Assembly (NCBI RefSeq): GCF_000150275.1
Contig: NW_002060948.1
Coordinates: forward strand, 1,139,983 to 1,203,982
Length of the DNA: 64,000 bases
Reading direction: 5' to 3'
Source of the DNA: Trichoplax adhaerens
Taxonomy: Eukaryota > Animalia > Placozoa
In this document: in pieces, positions 16,000 to 29,200 of the stretch
Position numbering within the stretch: position 1 is the stretch's first letter
How the letters are laid out: each line of letters starts with the position of its first letter
The notes under the pieces: generated by a model
Seen by the model: the letters and a program-made list of their open reading frames with translations, nothing else
Told to the model about the DNA's origin: nothing
Database searches by the model: none
Program-made: the position numbers and the translations under genes

Positions 16000-17455
16000 T
16001 AGGAGTTTAATAGTTAGCCTACTGAAGAGAAGAATCTCTCAATAAAGCAGTTATTGACGTTTTATTTACGATAGTCATGCCTAAGATACTAAAAATATTA
16101 TAATTAAACCATTTCTATAAAGAGATTGTTAAATGAGGTCGATATTGATGTCATAATTATGATAGCAATATTAACATTTTAATGAACTTATGGCTGTTAT
16201 AATTGAACATTGAATTGTCTAGAAAAAAGATGTTCGATGCAATAAGGCGGATATTGATGCATTAAATATAATAGGCTGTAATAGCCATACAAATGTTTTA
16301 AAAGTCTAAGAGCATCATTAAACTATTTAAAAGAAAAGTCGCTGGGTAGGATGACTCAAAATTGAATAATAACATTAGCTTATTTAAGACTGTAAGGACG
16401 TCATCGGTAGAACATGTACGGAATTATTCGATAAGATAGATCTTGTGATCACTGTTATCGAAGACAACAGTGATACTATTAAGACTGTAAGAACATTATA
16501 ATTAGACTATTTAGAAGGAACATAGTTACATAAGATAAGCCTTGCAATTATTGCTTCGATAGTAACGTTTTTAAGGGCTGCAGAAATATTACAATTAGAC
16601 CATTTAGAAGGAATATTGTTAAATAAAATAGATATTAATATATAAAGATTATGATTAACCAGTTTACAAGATAGCTAGATCACGATGGGTATTAGTTCAA
16701 GTTTATAGATTCTATCGTATAAATATCTAATAGAAGGATCAATTCATATTATACGTGCGAATTTAACCAGACAACTAGAGTCCTATTCATGTTACTTAGC
16801 TATTTATTATTTTGCTACTCCATGTCATGATGTCAAGTCCATAATAATTTCGATATTTTAAAGATTATAAACATATCAAAATTATAGGATTGATAGTTAA
16901 CGTAAATAGGAACGTCATAACTATAATTGTAGTATTATCATTTTTTAAGGGGCGCAAGGATTCCAAATTGATAGTTATACCATTTCAAAGATTGTTAAAC
17001 AAAGATATTGATAACGTAACCGGAATTATTATATTATTTTTAATATTGAGATCATGATTAGAAGAAAACTATCTTTAAGATAGATTTTGGTATTATTATT
17101 ACAACAACAGCTCTAATAGTTTTAAGACTGTAAGGATATTACAATGAAATCAATCATGTAGAAGAAATGTCGTTAGATGAGTCATTTATATCATCATTAC
17201 GATGACATCATTAACATCCTAACGGCTGTAAAGGGTATTATAAGCGTAACTAGATCATTTTGAGGAACTATTCTAGATTAATTAGTAATGGATATCAGAA
17301 CTATAGTAGTGTAATGTTAACATTTTTAAGACTGTAAGGGATGTCACAATCAGGAGAAAAGCTATTGAGTATAGTAAATAATAAGTATTATTAATATTTT
17401 AAAACTCTAAAGATATTACATGTAATCGAACTCTTTAGAAGATTATTACATGAAG
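16000..17455. repeat. Highly degenerate tandem array (~90-110 bp period), core TTTAAGACTGTAAGG
   Basis: Core variants near 16384, 16480, 16570, 16945, 17120, 17220, 17325 and 17399, often followed by (T)TAGAAG(G/A). Boundaries are approximate. Confidence 0.6.
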
Positions 17456-17460
17456 TAGCT

Positions 17461-17701
17461 ACCGATATATTCAAACTGTTCCTATTCTGGAAAAGAGAAC
17501 TCATTTTATTTTTAAGCTTCGCAAACATGCATCAAAGCGACCGACATATTTGAATCATTCCCATCCTAGAACAGATACTAGATTTTTAGTTTTTTTTTAA
17601 GCTTAGCAAAGATGCTTCCAAATTGCCGACATATTTAAATCTTTCCTGTTCTGGAATAGATACTTGATTCTATTTTTTAAGCTTAGTAAACATATATCAA
17701 A
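17461..17701. repeat. Tandem repeat, ~80-85 bp x3
   Basis: ccga(t/c)atatt...cc(t/c)...(c)t(g/a)gaa...tttttaagctt(c/a)g(c/t)aaa units begin at ~17462, 17541 and 17626. Confidence 0.75.
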
Positions 17702-20242
17702 ACATGATAAAGTAAAGTGTTATTCTTCATCTACCTATAGAATTAAGAAAAATAACTTTGACATAGCTTAAAGGTGATTATTTCTGTCACCATAGCAAGT
17801 TTTTTATGACCGCTTTGACAAGCATCATGTCGCTCGTTAATCCTAGACGCCTCCTTCAATTTATTCATTGCTACCGTAGAACAAAATTTTAGGCTCTATT
17901 TTCAATCTTAATGGATAACAACTGTTATGATAGTTTGTTATAGCTACTTTAGTGATCGAGTATTGGTCTACTGTATATTCTTCCTCCTTCTTCCATGAAT
18001 GTATCTATTTTGAATATTAAAGAGTATAATTTAATGGATGGCTAAAACATTAATTTTTGTTATTGTTGGCCTGCTGATTAATAGAAGGCATTGATGACGC
18101 TTTAAAATATGTCTAATGCAGTGATAATTGTCTGGACAAGTTAATCAACTCGATTATCAAAACATTGATCTATTTTATTTTTAGATGCAATCCACAAATA
18201 ATAGCTTGGATTTGATGTATTTCTCCTTTCTATTATCGAGTTGAAAATAATCAATTTTTATTCTTTTTATTTTAACCTACAGGCGCAACGTCACGCTTGG
18301 ATAGATTATCTATTCTGTGGCGGTTTTTACTTCTCTCTCTCTCTTCTTCGTTAAGGCAAGTATTATTTTCAACAATCTTTTTTAATTTAATGACATGATT
18401 ATGATTGTATTATTATCTAGAAATTATTTTAAATTAAACTAGATTAATTTCACGTCTGTGACGGCACGTCTATTTTTTCAACCATCAATCAATCAGTCAA
18501 TTAACTTTCTCTCTCCTTTCTGGACGAAGGAGATAAATTCTTGTTTCACACATTCATGTTAATGATAATCTATTTCAATAACGTGCAAGTCTTCTCACTA
18601 CCTTTTGAATTTGCAAGCATATTAATAACCCCTATAGACTGTCGATCATTTTGAATAAGAGAGAGGTGAACAATAGTCAACAATCAATCAAGAATAACAA
18701 TTCAACAAGGTGAAGTTTGAACAAATATCGATAGCAAATCAATATCTAAACTCCATTTTGATTGTCTCCATCCAAATCAATATTGTTCCGCAACAACTGT
18801 TTATAGATTATCCTAAAGTAGGTCAAGTTGAACAATAGCAATCGGTTTGTTATCAAAACAGCTGTTTTCTCCTGCTCACTATAACAAGACAAAAAATGCC
18901 ACTGCACTAACGGTATAGTTAGCAATATAAAGACAATACCACACTCCATTAGTCATCAAGTCGGTTACATGTAAATTTATTAGTAGATTGGTTGTTATTA
19001 TTTTCTGGTTGGACGATTGAACCAGTCTGCCGTTCAAGAAAGGAGAAAACTGTTGAGTCTACGTGATCAATCATCATCGATAAAAAGGTATTACGTGAAT
19101 TTTCAATCTATCATTTATTTGGATAGATGATTGAATCCTTTGTCGCTTGCATATTATTCGTCATCGATTGCAATCGATTTATTCATCAATTCTTTTGGTT
19201 ATCGCATCATTCTATGAGGTAGTAAATGAATTATTAATAGTACAGTGCAAAGCAAAAATCTTTGATCTATTCTGCTATCATTGGGATTTTATGACTAAAA
19301 ATTAACGCTAAAAATTGATCCGTGCTCAATTAGTCCCGTTGGGAGACCAATTGGATTAGTAATTGATCTAGCTTTATTACGCTAGAACTGTTCCTTCGCC
19401 ATTAAATTATCAACAATTTGATCAAATTTTGAATACATCTATACTCTGAGCATTTCCACTTGAATGGTGAGATTACTGATACATTTATTGATCGATCTTT
19501 GATTTCTTCATTTTCTAACATTAAATGATCCATCTTGATTCAAGTACAGCCTTGAACTAGTTGCCAATTATTTTATAATTTGAGTTGTAAATTTAATCAG
19601 CTAATTTATCCATTTCTCTAGTTGATATATTGATTGAATTATCTCATTTTAAAAAAAAACACCGGTATAAATCTCTAATCGTGTACCCATTACAGTTTTG
19701 AAGAAAGAATCTAATCAAGTTTGGAAAATTCTATTTTGCTCTAGATCGAGTCAATAGATCATCTCATTTTAAGAAAAGAAATTCCTTCTTGGCGTATTTG
19801 ATGTTATGATTCATCTTAACCTAATAAAGATTCGGTAATATTGAACTAATTCAAATACAGTCACTCGTTGTGAACAAATTATTTTAAGTCTCGTTCCATA
19901 TCTCGCATCTTGCAGCTAGCGGTGATTCCTTTGACTTTATACGGCGATCTTATTTGAGTCTACAAGTATTAAAAGTTGAATTAAAGTGCCGGATTGAACA
20001 GGTAGAACAGTCAAGGAAGAAAGTTGTAACCATTTGCCTTTCCTATTATACTATTTTTCTATATGTGTTAGCTTAACCTAAACATCCGCTAGAAAGAAAA
20101 GAGAAAGCCCATCATCAAAAGTCATTTCCAGCGAATCGAACTTTTTTATCCAGATTATCAACTGTCCGATCTATATCCATTCTTTTTTTGCCATTATTTT
20201 GAACTTAAATTATAGCATTCCACAAGAACTAGCCAATTAAAA

Positions 20243-23200
20243 ATGTACCATTCCTGTTCATTGCATCATTACTTCATGATTATCAAAGCAATCAGCGTTA
20301 TTTTAGCTATAAGCGGGTATAGGATTGTTGCATCGGCTGAGGCTGAAAATAAACAAGATTCGACTTTAAATATTGGTGGTTTTTATGCTTTTAACAACAG
20401 CTTGGGAAAACACCTATATGGTCTAGAGATTTCAACCGTTGCTCAAATAGCCGTGGAAGAAATTAATAATTCCACATCGATCTTACCAAACCATAAATTA
20501 AAATTATTTGTAGAAAATACTCATGTAAGTATCCTAATGTAAACTTTTTTATTCTCGTTTTCTTTCTTACTGTTTGAATCCAACCATGGATTTATAGACC
20601 TTGAAAAAGTCTATTTTACAGTAAATTATTTTTCAGGTTATTTTGTTATAGGCTTGATGATAATTTGATTAGTCTTTCTCTGTCCTCTTATTGTTAACCT
20701 ACGTATGATATCCTATGTCAGCTTTAACGCCACCATTTTATACGTAGTAAGAATAAGATGGACCTTGACAACGCTGTATTTCTTTGCCAATAACACAACA
20801 TCATTAGCGTCTTAATCTTCAATTACTGTTTGCAATCAGACATGGATCGGCCAAGAAATTCTCTTTCAGAAAAGACATGTTACTTTTAATTAAAAAGCCC
20901 TAGGGGTATATTGCTACGATTTTTCAACAATATATCTGTTATTGATGAGGTTGGAGCGGTTTTGTTCACTATCGATTATAAGTAATAGCCAATATTGGCC
21001 ATTTATTGCTTTAATAGCTTTTGATACTAGTATCGATAGATGAAAAAGGGCAAAAATACTATAGCGGAAACGAAGGAATAGATCACAGCTCAATATATCC
21101 CATTACAGCTAGTATTTTTCTTGAATAGCAGTAGCATAACAAGTATTTCGCATTTAATTTTCAGTAATCTTCCATTGCATTATCATCTAACTGGGATTTT
21201 TCTGAGAATCAAATATGGTTTATTTCTGTCGAGAGTGCAGGAAGATCATTGACAAAAGGGACTTCTCTTAATAGTAATACTACCGTAGCCGTATTTAATA
21301 ATCGATTTTCCTCTCTGAAGAAGGAGTAAAATTCATTTCCAATTGATAATAACAGAACATCGTTAGTACTGTCATCGTGTAAAGGATAAATAATTAATCA
21401 GTAATAACGGTAGTTGTGATGAGCCATCTTTGCAGCCAACTACTTTCATTTCCATTCCTATCAGTAGTATTCAAGTAGGATCTGGTAGCGATGACAAAGG
21501 ACGATAATCAAACTACCCACCATCATCATACTCTTCATCATCCGATACTTTAAAATTGGCTGCTACCGGTTACATCAAAGTAATTGTAACGACTAAGCTT
21601 GCCTTGAATTAAAAATAACTATCCTTGATAATCTTGATTTAATAGTTAAACATTGCATATAAAGAAAGTTGGAAAAATTTTCTTCGACTTCAAAGCTCAG
21701 AACCACGTTTAGTCTGTTCGCTTTAAGATATTTGCGTTTTACCTTCAATAAAATGGATAAATGATGTCATCATCGATACCTATTAGTCTTGTATTCGTCA
21801 CCAATTACTATAATTAACTGTAATAATTTTCTATTCGATAACCAAAGAGAGTCAAAAATCTTTCTTGACTTCTTTGCTCATTACTACCATACGTTTATTC
21901 ATTTTATTTAAAATATCATCACTTTGCCAGCGACATAACGGATAAACGCTACCTCATAGGTATCCATTAATCTTAAATTTGTCATCCAAACCTTTTATTA
22001 TTTCTATAATTTCATATTTCATAAGCAAGAAGAGTTACAAAAACACCTCTTTTTGACTAAATTGCTCATAATCACGTGTAGTTTATTTGGTTAAATATTA
22101 AAATTTCATAGCTTTACCTTCAACAAAATGAATAAATGATACCATCATCTCCACTAAGAAGCCTTCTATTCGTCACCTTATTAATCTTTTCCAATAATTC
22201 TAAATTTTATAACTAATAGAGTTGAAAATACTTGACAAAGCCCTTTTTATGAGCTCTTCAATTAAATTCAAAATTTTACGTTAATAAGGAGAGAGTTCTA
22301 GAATGGCCATTTGGACCTTTTTACGCAGAACTACTTATAATATATACGCTTAATGACATCTTCATCCGTACGACTTCTATTTTCCGTCAAATCGAAAGAA
22401 TTAGCTTCAAAATTTTACATTAAATAGCCAAAGAGAGTTCTAAAATCTCCTTTTTGACTTCTTTGTGCAGAACTACTTAAACTATATAAGGTAAACGACG
22501 CCTTCATCTGTACGACTTCTATTTCTAACCAAATCGAAAGAATTAGCTTCAAAATTTTACATTTAATAATCAAAGAAACTTTAAAAATGTCCTTTTGACT
22601 TCTTTGCGTAGAGCTACCTAAAATAGATACGGCAAAAAATGCCACCAAATGCCACTCTTAATCTTACTTTCTCTACTAAGTATATACACGTAGAATTAGT
22701 TTTTCAAATTTGACATTAAATAACCGAAGAGGGTTCAAAAATGCCCTTTATTAATTTCTTTGCGCTGAATTACCCAAAATACATACAGTAAACAATGCTC
22801 TCTATCAATATTACTTACATTACTTAGCTAATAGAAAAAATATTATTTCAAAAATTGTACATTAGCTAACCAAAGAAATTCATAAAATATCCTTTTTGAG
22901 CTCTTTGCGCAACACTACCTAAAACTAAATTGATATAGCAAAAGAGGCCATCATTGGCACTACTTAATCCTACTTTCCCGCCCAATATACATGCATAGAA
23001 TAAGTTTCAAAATTTCATATTGAATAACCAAAGGAGTAGAAAAGGTTCTTACTTCGACCGCTTCGCGTATATCTAACTGCCTAAAATATATAAATGAATG
23101 CATAATATATAATTGCCAACATTTAATCATGCATTCATTACTAAATACGAATCGGGACGTATAATTAGTTTCCAAAACGTTATATTAAATAAGTAAAGAG

Positions 23201-26200
23201 TTCAAAAATGCCCTTTTTAACTGTCTTTTGTAGATAACTATCTAAAATTAATATGATAAACGATGGCATCATCCGCACCAATCAGTCTTGAATTTGTCAT
23301 TAAATATTTCTAATCGTTTTCCATTAATGATTTCAGAATCCTAAATTAAATGCTATCGACGACTTTACAAACTTTTTTACACAGTTTATCTCAATAACGT
23401 AACTGCTCTTCGTGACTATACAGGGATGAACCAGTCCTTTATTACTTTCATGTTCTTACTTTTGTAATTGTAGTCTATTTCGGTTAAAGGATTATCCGTT
23501 TGCCTTCACAAACAGATAGATGGCGCTATTATCGCCATCACTTATGGTAACGAGAATCAGTTATAGACAACATTAGAATCCTCCTGTTCATCCTAGCCCT
23601 GAAATAGCTTTAACAGAATTCTCCATGAGTCTAAAAGCAATTTTTCGTCTCATATCCAAAACAATTACTGCTATCTACCTCTACTCATATTGACAAGTCG
23701 AGTTGTCAAAATAGGATCACCTAGCCTTCCACACAATCGATGGCTCTGTATTGCAGCCCGAATTAGCTTAATAAATTGTAGGAAGTCACTAAATGATCTA
23801 TAAAATGGTAAGATTAACGCAGTATGTGCAAGATTGCAGACTAACTGAAATCTTAACATTGTGTTAGGAGCGTATAAGCGTATCCATACTAAATAATTAC
23901 AGAGAGTATTATTGTATTGGTTAGGAATGTCTGATTGAGAAGTTGGACAGCAGAGATAATGTTGAGTAATCTAATGCTAGACTAATCAGAAATTATAGAC
24001 CTAAATAGAGTAGAATCATAATGGATAAGCATGAGATCTTTACTCCCAGAGATTTAATTAGTCTTGCTCTTTGTCAGGGCTAATAGATAATATCTATGTT
24101 ACAATGAGCGGTAGTCGAAAATGTGAAAATTCTATTCTCTGTCCTAGTTTTTAAATTGCATTGATATAATCCTTGGTGATAATATCAGCAGTTTTACGCT
24201 TTCTAATCGCAGAGTTGACAAATTCCTTCTTTATCTCTTTGCTCACAACCAATACAGATTTATTCATTTCAAGAGATGATCAGCTAGCCTTGAATTAAGT
24301 GGATTTATGGTAGTATCATTCTTTAGCAAACAGAAGTCCAATCTAGCCTAGAATGACTTTAGCATTGCACAAAATATTATCTGCTGACATACCATACAGA
24401 TAGACATAGATTTCCTGTTTGCTTATGGGATCGTTCACAAAGATGGTCATCACTACCCATAGTAGCACTAACAAGCTTCTATCTATAATGGAATAGGATC
24501 TCTTCCTATCCATGGTGTTACAATTTTATTAAAATGGCGGCTAAGACAAAAAAAAGAATAATGAAATACAGTAGTAACACTAATAAGTTCTTCTATTTTT
24601 GTCACTCAATGCGTACAATATCATTACGTAATGGAGAAGTCTTTGATCAAAATGAGAATTAAACTATAATAGCAGCTATACTTCTCACAACAAACTGCGT
24701 GAGTTTTAGAATATCATCAGTTTGTCATTAGATAAACCGACAATAAAGGGAATATCAATGTCAGTTGCTAATTCAAGGTTAGAATCCTACGCTATGATAT
24801 CCATGACGATAATAGCTTTTCATCGTTGTATATTTTTTAACTTTCAACTAGGTTAAAAAAATGGAGAGATAAGCCAATCTAGGAGAAGGTGCTTGTCAAA
24901 TCAGTCAGAATGGATATTATCCAATTAGTTTAAATATGGTGTACAGCTTAATCTTGACATCTATGTTAATCCTAATACAATTTAATCTACCAAAAATTAA
25001 CAATAATCTACCCTTACATTGTATATACATTACAAATGCAAAAAGTCATAGATAAAGAGTACTGTAACATTATATTTTACTACAAGTTCTTCCTTTCTCA
25101 TTTATACGGAAGTAAATACGATTTTTTACTGAATGATATTAAGCTAAGAAAGGAAAATAAACTGCGATATCAAACCAGCCAAAGATACACTGCTTAAGAA
25201 ATACATTCCCAATTGAGGTTTTCCTTTCTATTTTCTTTTTATTGCCAGGGATTTTTTAATTTGCACGACAGTAAGCGACGAAGAATAATTAATTTCAGTG
25301 CATAGGTAATTCTGTTTAGGGTGAATTAGCTATCAAAAGCCGAGAAAGAAGGATTGAAATTCGGTTAGTCAAAGATGAACAGCGTTTTGGTATTACTGTC
25401 ACAGACATCATTCGAATAACAGTACAAATTCTTTTCCCTCTCTTTTTGTAAGCCACCAATTCTGGTATTGCATTAAATTGCAGGGAATGATTCTTATAAT
25501 TTAGATAAAGTGGACTTGTTTTAAACTTAGTCAGTTATTGAGAGCTGTGGGAGGATTAAAAATTCGACTAATCAACGATGAACAACATTCCAATGTCACG
25601 GTCACAGATATTCATTTCAGTAAGAGTGGAAATGTTTTCTTTCTTTCCAAATATTTTCGAATAGCATTAAGCTACGAAGAAATGATTAATTTTAACAATA
25701 GTGAAAATGCTTTCTTCCTTTTCAACTATTTTCGTATAGCATTAAGCAACGAAGAATGATTAGTCTAGATCAAGTAAACAATGTTTTGGAATTAGTTGGC
25801 TGTTGAAAGCCATGAAAGGAAGATCAAAATCCACTAGTCAAAGATGAGCATCGTTTTAATATCACTGTGGTAGATGTTCATTTTGAATGATAGTGAAAAT
25901 TTTTCTTTCACAAATCTTTTTTGCAATCCATCGATTTTCGTATGCATTAAGCTGCGACAAATAATTAATTTAAAAGAAATGGATTTGTTGAAGGTTAGCT
26001 AGCTATTAAAAGCTAAGAAAGGAAGATTAAAATTCTGCTAATCAAGGATAAACTGTTTCAACATCTGTATTCAAGGAGTACATTTGAATTGGTATGAATA
26101 TTCTTTCTTGCCCTTGCCTTAATGTTAACCATTTCCTTTCCCATGACATTAAATTACAAAAGATTAATAATAAAATAGACTATTTCTTAAAATGAACGAA

Positions 26201-29200
26201 TCTATTCTATTCGTCTAAGGTAGAGTAATTTTAATTTTAGCCTGCCATCATCTTCTACTTTGCCCACTGTTATTACCCTATTATACGAATATTTGTCTAT
26301 CTGTCAAATTAATCCCATCATCTTCAAGTAGAATAAATAATTTCTTAGTTAGCGACCCACTACAAGAGGTCTTCAAGAATGGAGAATATTAAAATCATTT
26401 TATAGTTTTAGTCAAGTTTTTTTTCTTACGTAATTTCATTCACGGAACAGAAGTAATTAGGCAGTGATCTGGTTGAGATAATAAAAGTTGATTTTATACT
26501 ACAGTAGAATCTTTAATATTATTAGTATTATTAGCAATAATTCGCTTAAGATACTTCTCGAATATTTCCCAATTTATAGATGTAATCTATTCAATTTTTA
26601 CTCCTACTTTACAACGCTTTCTTGCATTAACAGAGTCATATTACCCTCTCTTATTGATAAGTTAATATGATGGAATAAGGAATTTGCTATTGTTCTCTGA
26701 TTGGACTTATCTGTTAATAACTTATCCACCCTATCAGTAAAGTTATGTTAATAATTAAAGAAGTCAAAATAAATAGTAATTATTGATGTAGCACTTTCGT
26801 TATGCCACATCTTTTTCGTATATATGCATCTTCAAACCATCGCGTAACCATAACGATGACCTATTTTCTCAATTTCTTCTCTCATATATTAACATGACCA
26901 GGCTAATTTTGGACTCTACAGTGGAAGACTCATCATTTATATTGACAATAAGCAAAATCATAACTTACTAGTAGACATTAGGTAAACAACCAGGAAAAAA
27001 ATACTCTTCTAGATGGCTGTCTTTAGATTCGCTCGAATCGTGACTATGATCCAATAGCAGTTTGATATTGAATGACATGAATAGCGGACTGCTTCATATT
27101 TATATTAATAGAAGTAATGTATACGTTAGTTTACAATGTCCAAGACAATTATAACGAAAAGATATTAATCATTTCTTCGGATGTTAAAAGTACTATTATA
27201 GGTTAACTGTTATAATAAACAGGGGACTATAATATATTTATTGATGTTAGATATATTGCTTTGGGAGGAAGTATAATTTTGGGTTGATCGGTAATTAATT
27301 ATGGACTGTTCATTTTATATGCGAGCTACGCACGTTTTTCATTTTCCATTGTGTTAAAATATAGAATCGTTGTGTAGATATATATATATACTGTACGTAT
27401 ATGAATGACTCGAATAAAATTTTGTTCAGGATCGGAGAAATAAATAGTATCACTTATTTTACCTAATTCTTATATTCTAGGGATCCGTAAATTATGCTCA
27501 ACGCGCATTCTTTAATTACGTTTATTACAAGCCTACAAAAATCATGTTATTAGGAGCAGATTTTTCTACGGTAACAGAACCATTAGCCACAACTTCATCG
27601 TTATGGAATTTAATTCAGGTATGCTAAATTACTATGGTTAATGTCATTATGCTATCTAAGAAATACTGTAATTTTAATGTAGTACCTAAGTCCAATATGG
27701 ATATTGCCAGACAATTTAACATTAATTATAGAGAACACATAATATTGATTTTACGTAATTATCCAGAATATATAATACTGATTTTTCACCTTATTATCCG
27801 GAACGTATGATATTGATTTTATCCTGATTTATTATCAAGAATGTAAAATATCAATTTTTACTGTATTATTGATGATATGTGATTTAGACTTTCTTTCTGA
27901 ATATTTATTCCATCATCAACTATAGTTGCAATATAAGTTTCAGCAGAATTTTTTACAGCTTTACAATAGCTGACATATTGTATAATGCAACTTAAATTCT
28001 TCCCGCCTAAAAGCTCGCATCTATGATTAATATGGCATTTGTGATATTAAGTCAGTACAAATATATAGTTCGGTGCCTTAGTTTAGAGATAGTGAAAGAT
28101 AGATTTACTGATTTCAACCATGGCAGTGATCATTGCTTAATGCAGAAACTATTAAGATAAGAGGCAAAATCTAGCAGTATTTAGATCATTCATAGTGGAA
28201 TGCTTGGGTAAAATGGCCATTTTTTAGTATCGATACGGAAGCAATCCAGATATAAAGTAAAAATTAGTAGTAGTTGGACCTTTAAATTAGAAGGCATAGT
28301 GACTATTTAAGGCGGAAATAGTTGATATATATAGCTGGAATGATCGGTATTCAGACATTTAGAATAGAAAACATCGGTAAAAATTATGATTGTCCCGTAT
28401 AGAAAGCGCAATGATAGCTGTATATAGCTAGTAACATTAGATTTTTCTCACACTGATTATTTTAAGGTATCATTTGCATCTACTTCTCCTGTTCTATCCA
28501 ATCGTCAACGATTTCCATACTTTTATCGTACTGTGCAATCCGATATTGATTACAACGATCCAAGAATTGCTCTTTTGCGTTATTTTCGATGGACTACCGT
28601 TGGAATTTTATATCAACTGGAAAACATTTTTTCAGAGGTAGCTGTATCTAAATGCAAAATTTCATACGAAAATAATCTACTTTTGAAAATGGATATATTG
28701 ATGTGCATAAGATAGGCGCAGATTTGAAAGCGGATTAAAATTGTACGTTGCTAACTGAATTTAATTGATGAGTTGATATACCAACCATATTAATTCGACC
28801 ATCACTAGGCCATGAGTAGCTTGAGAACAAGCCTTACAGCAGCAAATATTAAAATTAACGGCTATGAAACTTTTCGTGAAGATCCATATGACGCTGTTCG
28901 AGCACTAAAGGTTAAATTCTTTTTAATTAATAGCTAACCTAAATTGCACTAACTATTGAATTGAATCTAATATATTAATTCCTGTTGCTTTGTAAATCGT
29001 AGCTAAGACTAATTATATTAACTTTATGGACGATCTATTTATTAAGATATTCAACGTTTTGCTCTTGACTTTGAATTATTTTCCTCGTAGAGTCGTGATG
29101 CTAGAATTATCATTGCCAATTTCTATGAAAAACAGGGCGCTCATGTTCTTTGCGAGGTAAGACACCGGTGCTGCTGTAGATACAGTAATAAATTTCCTAC

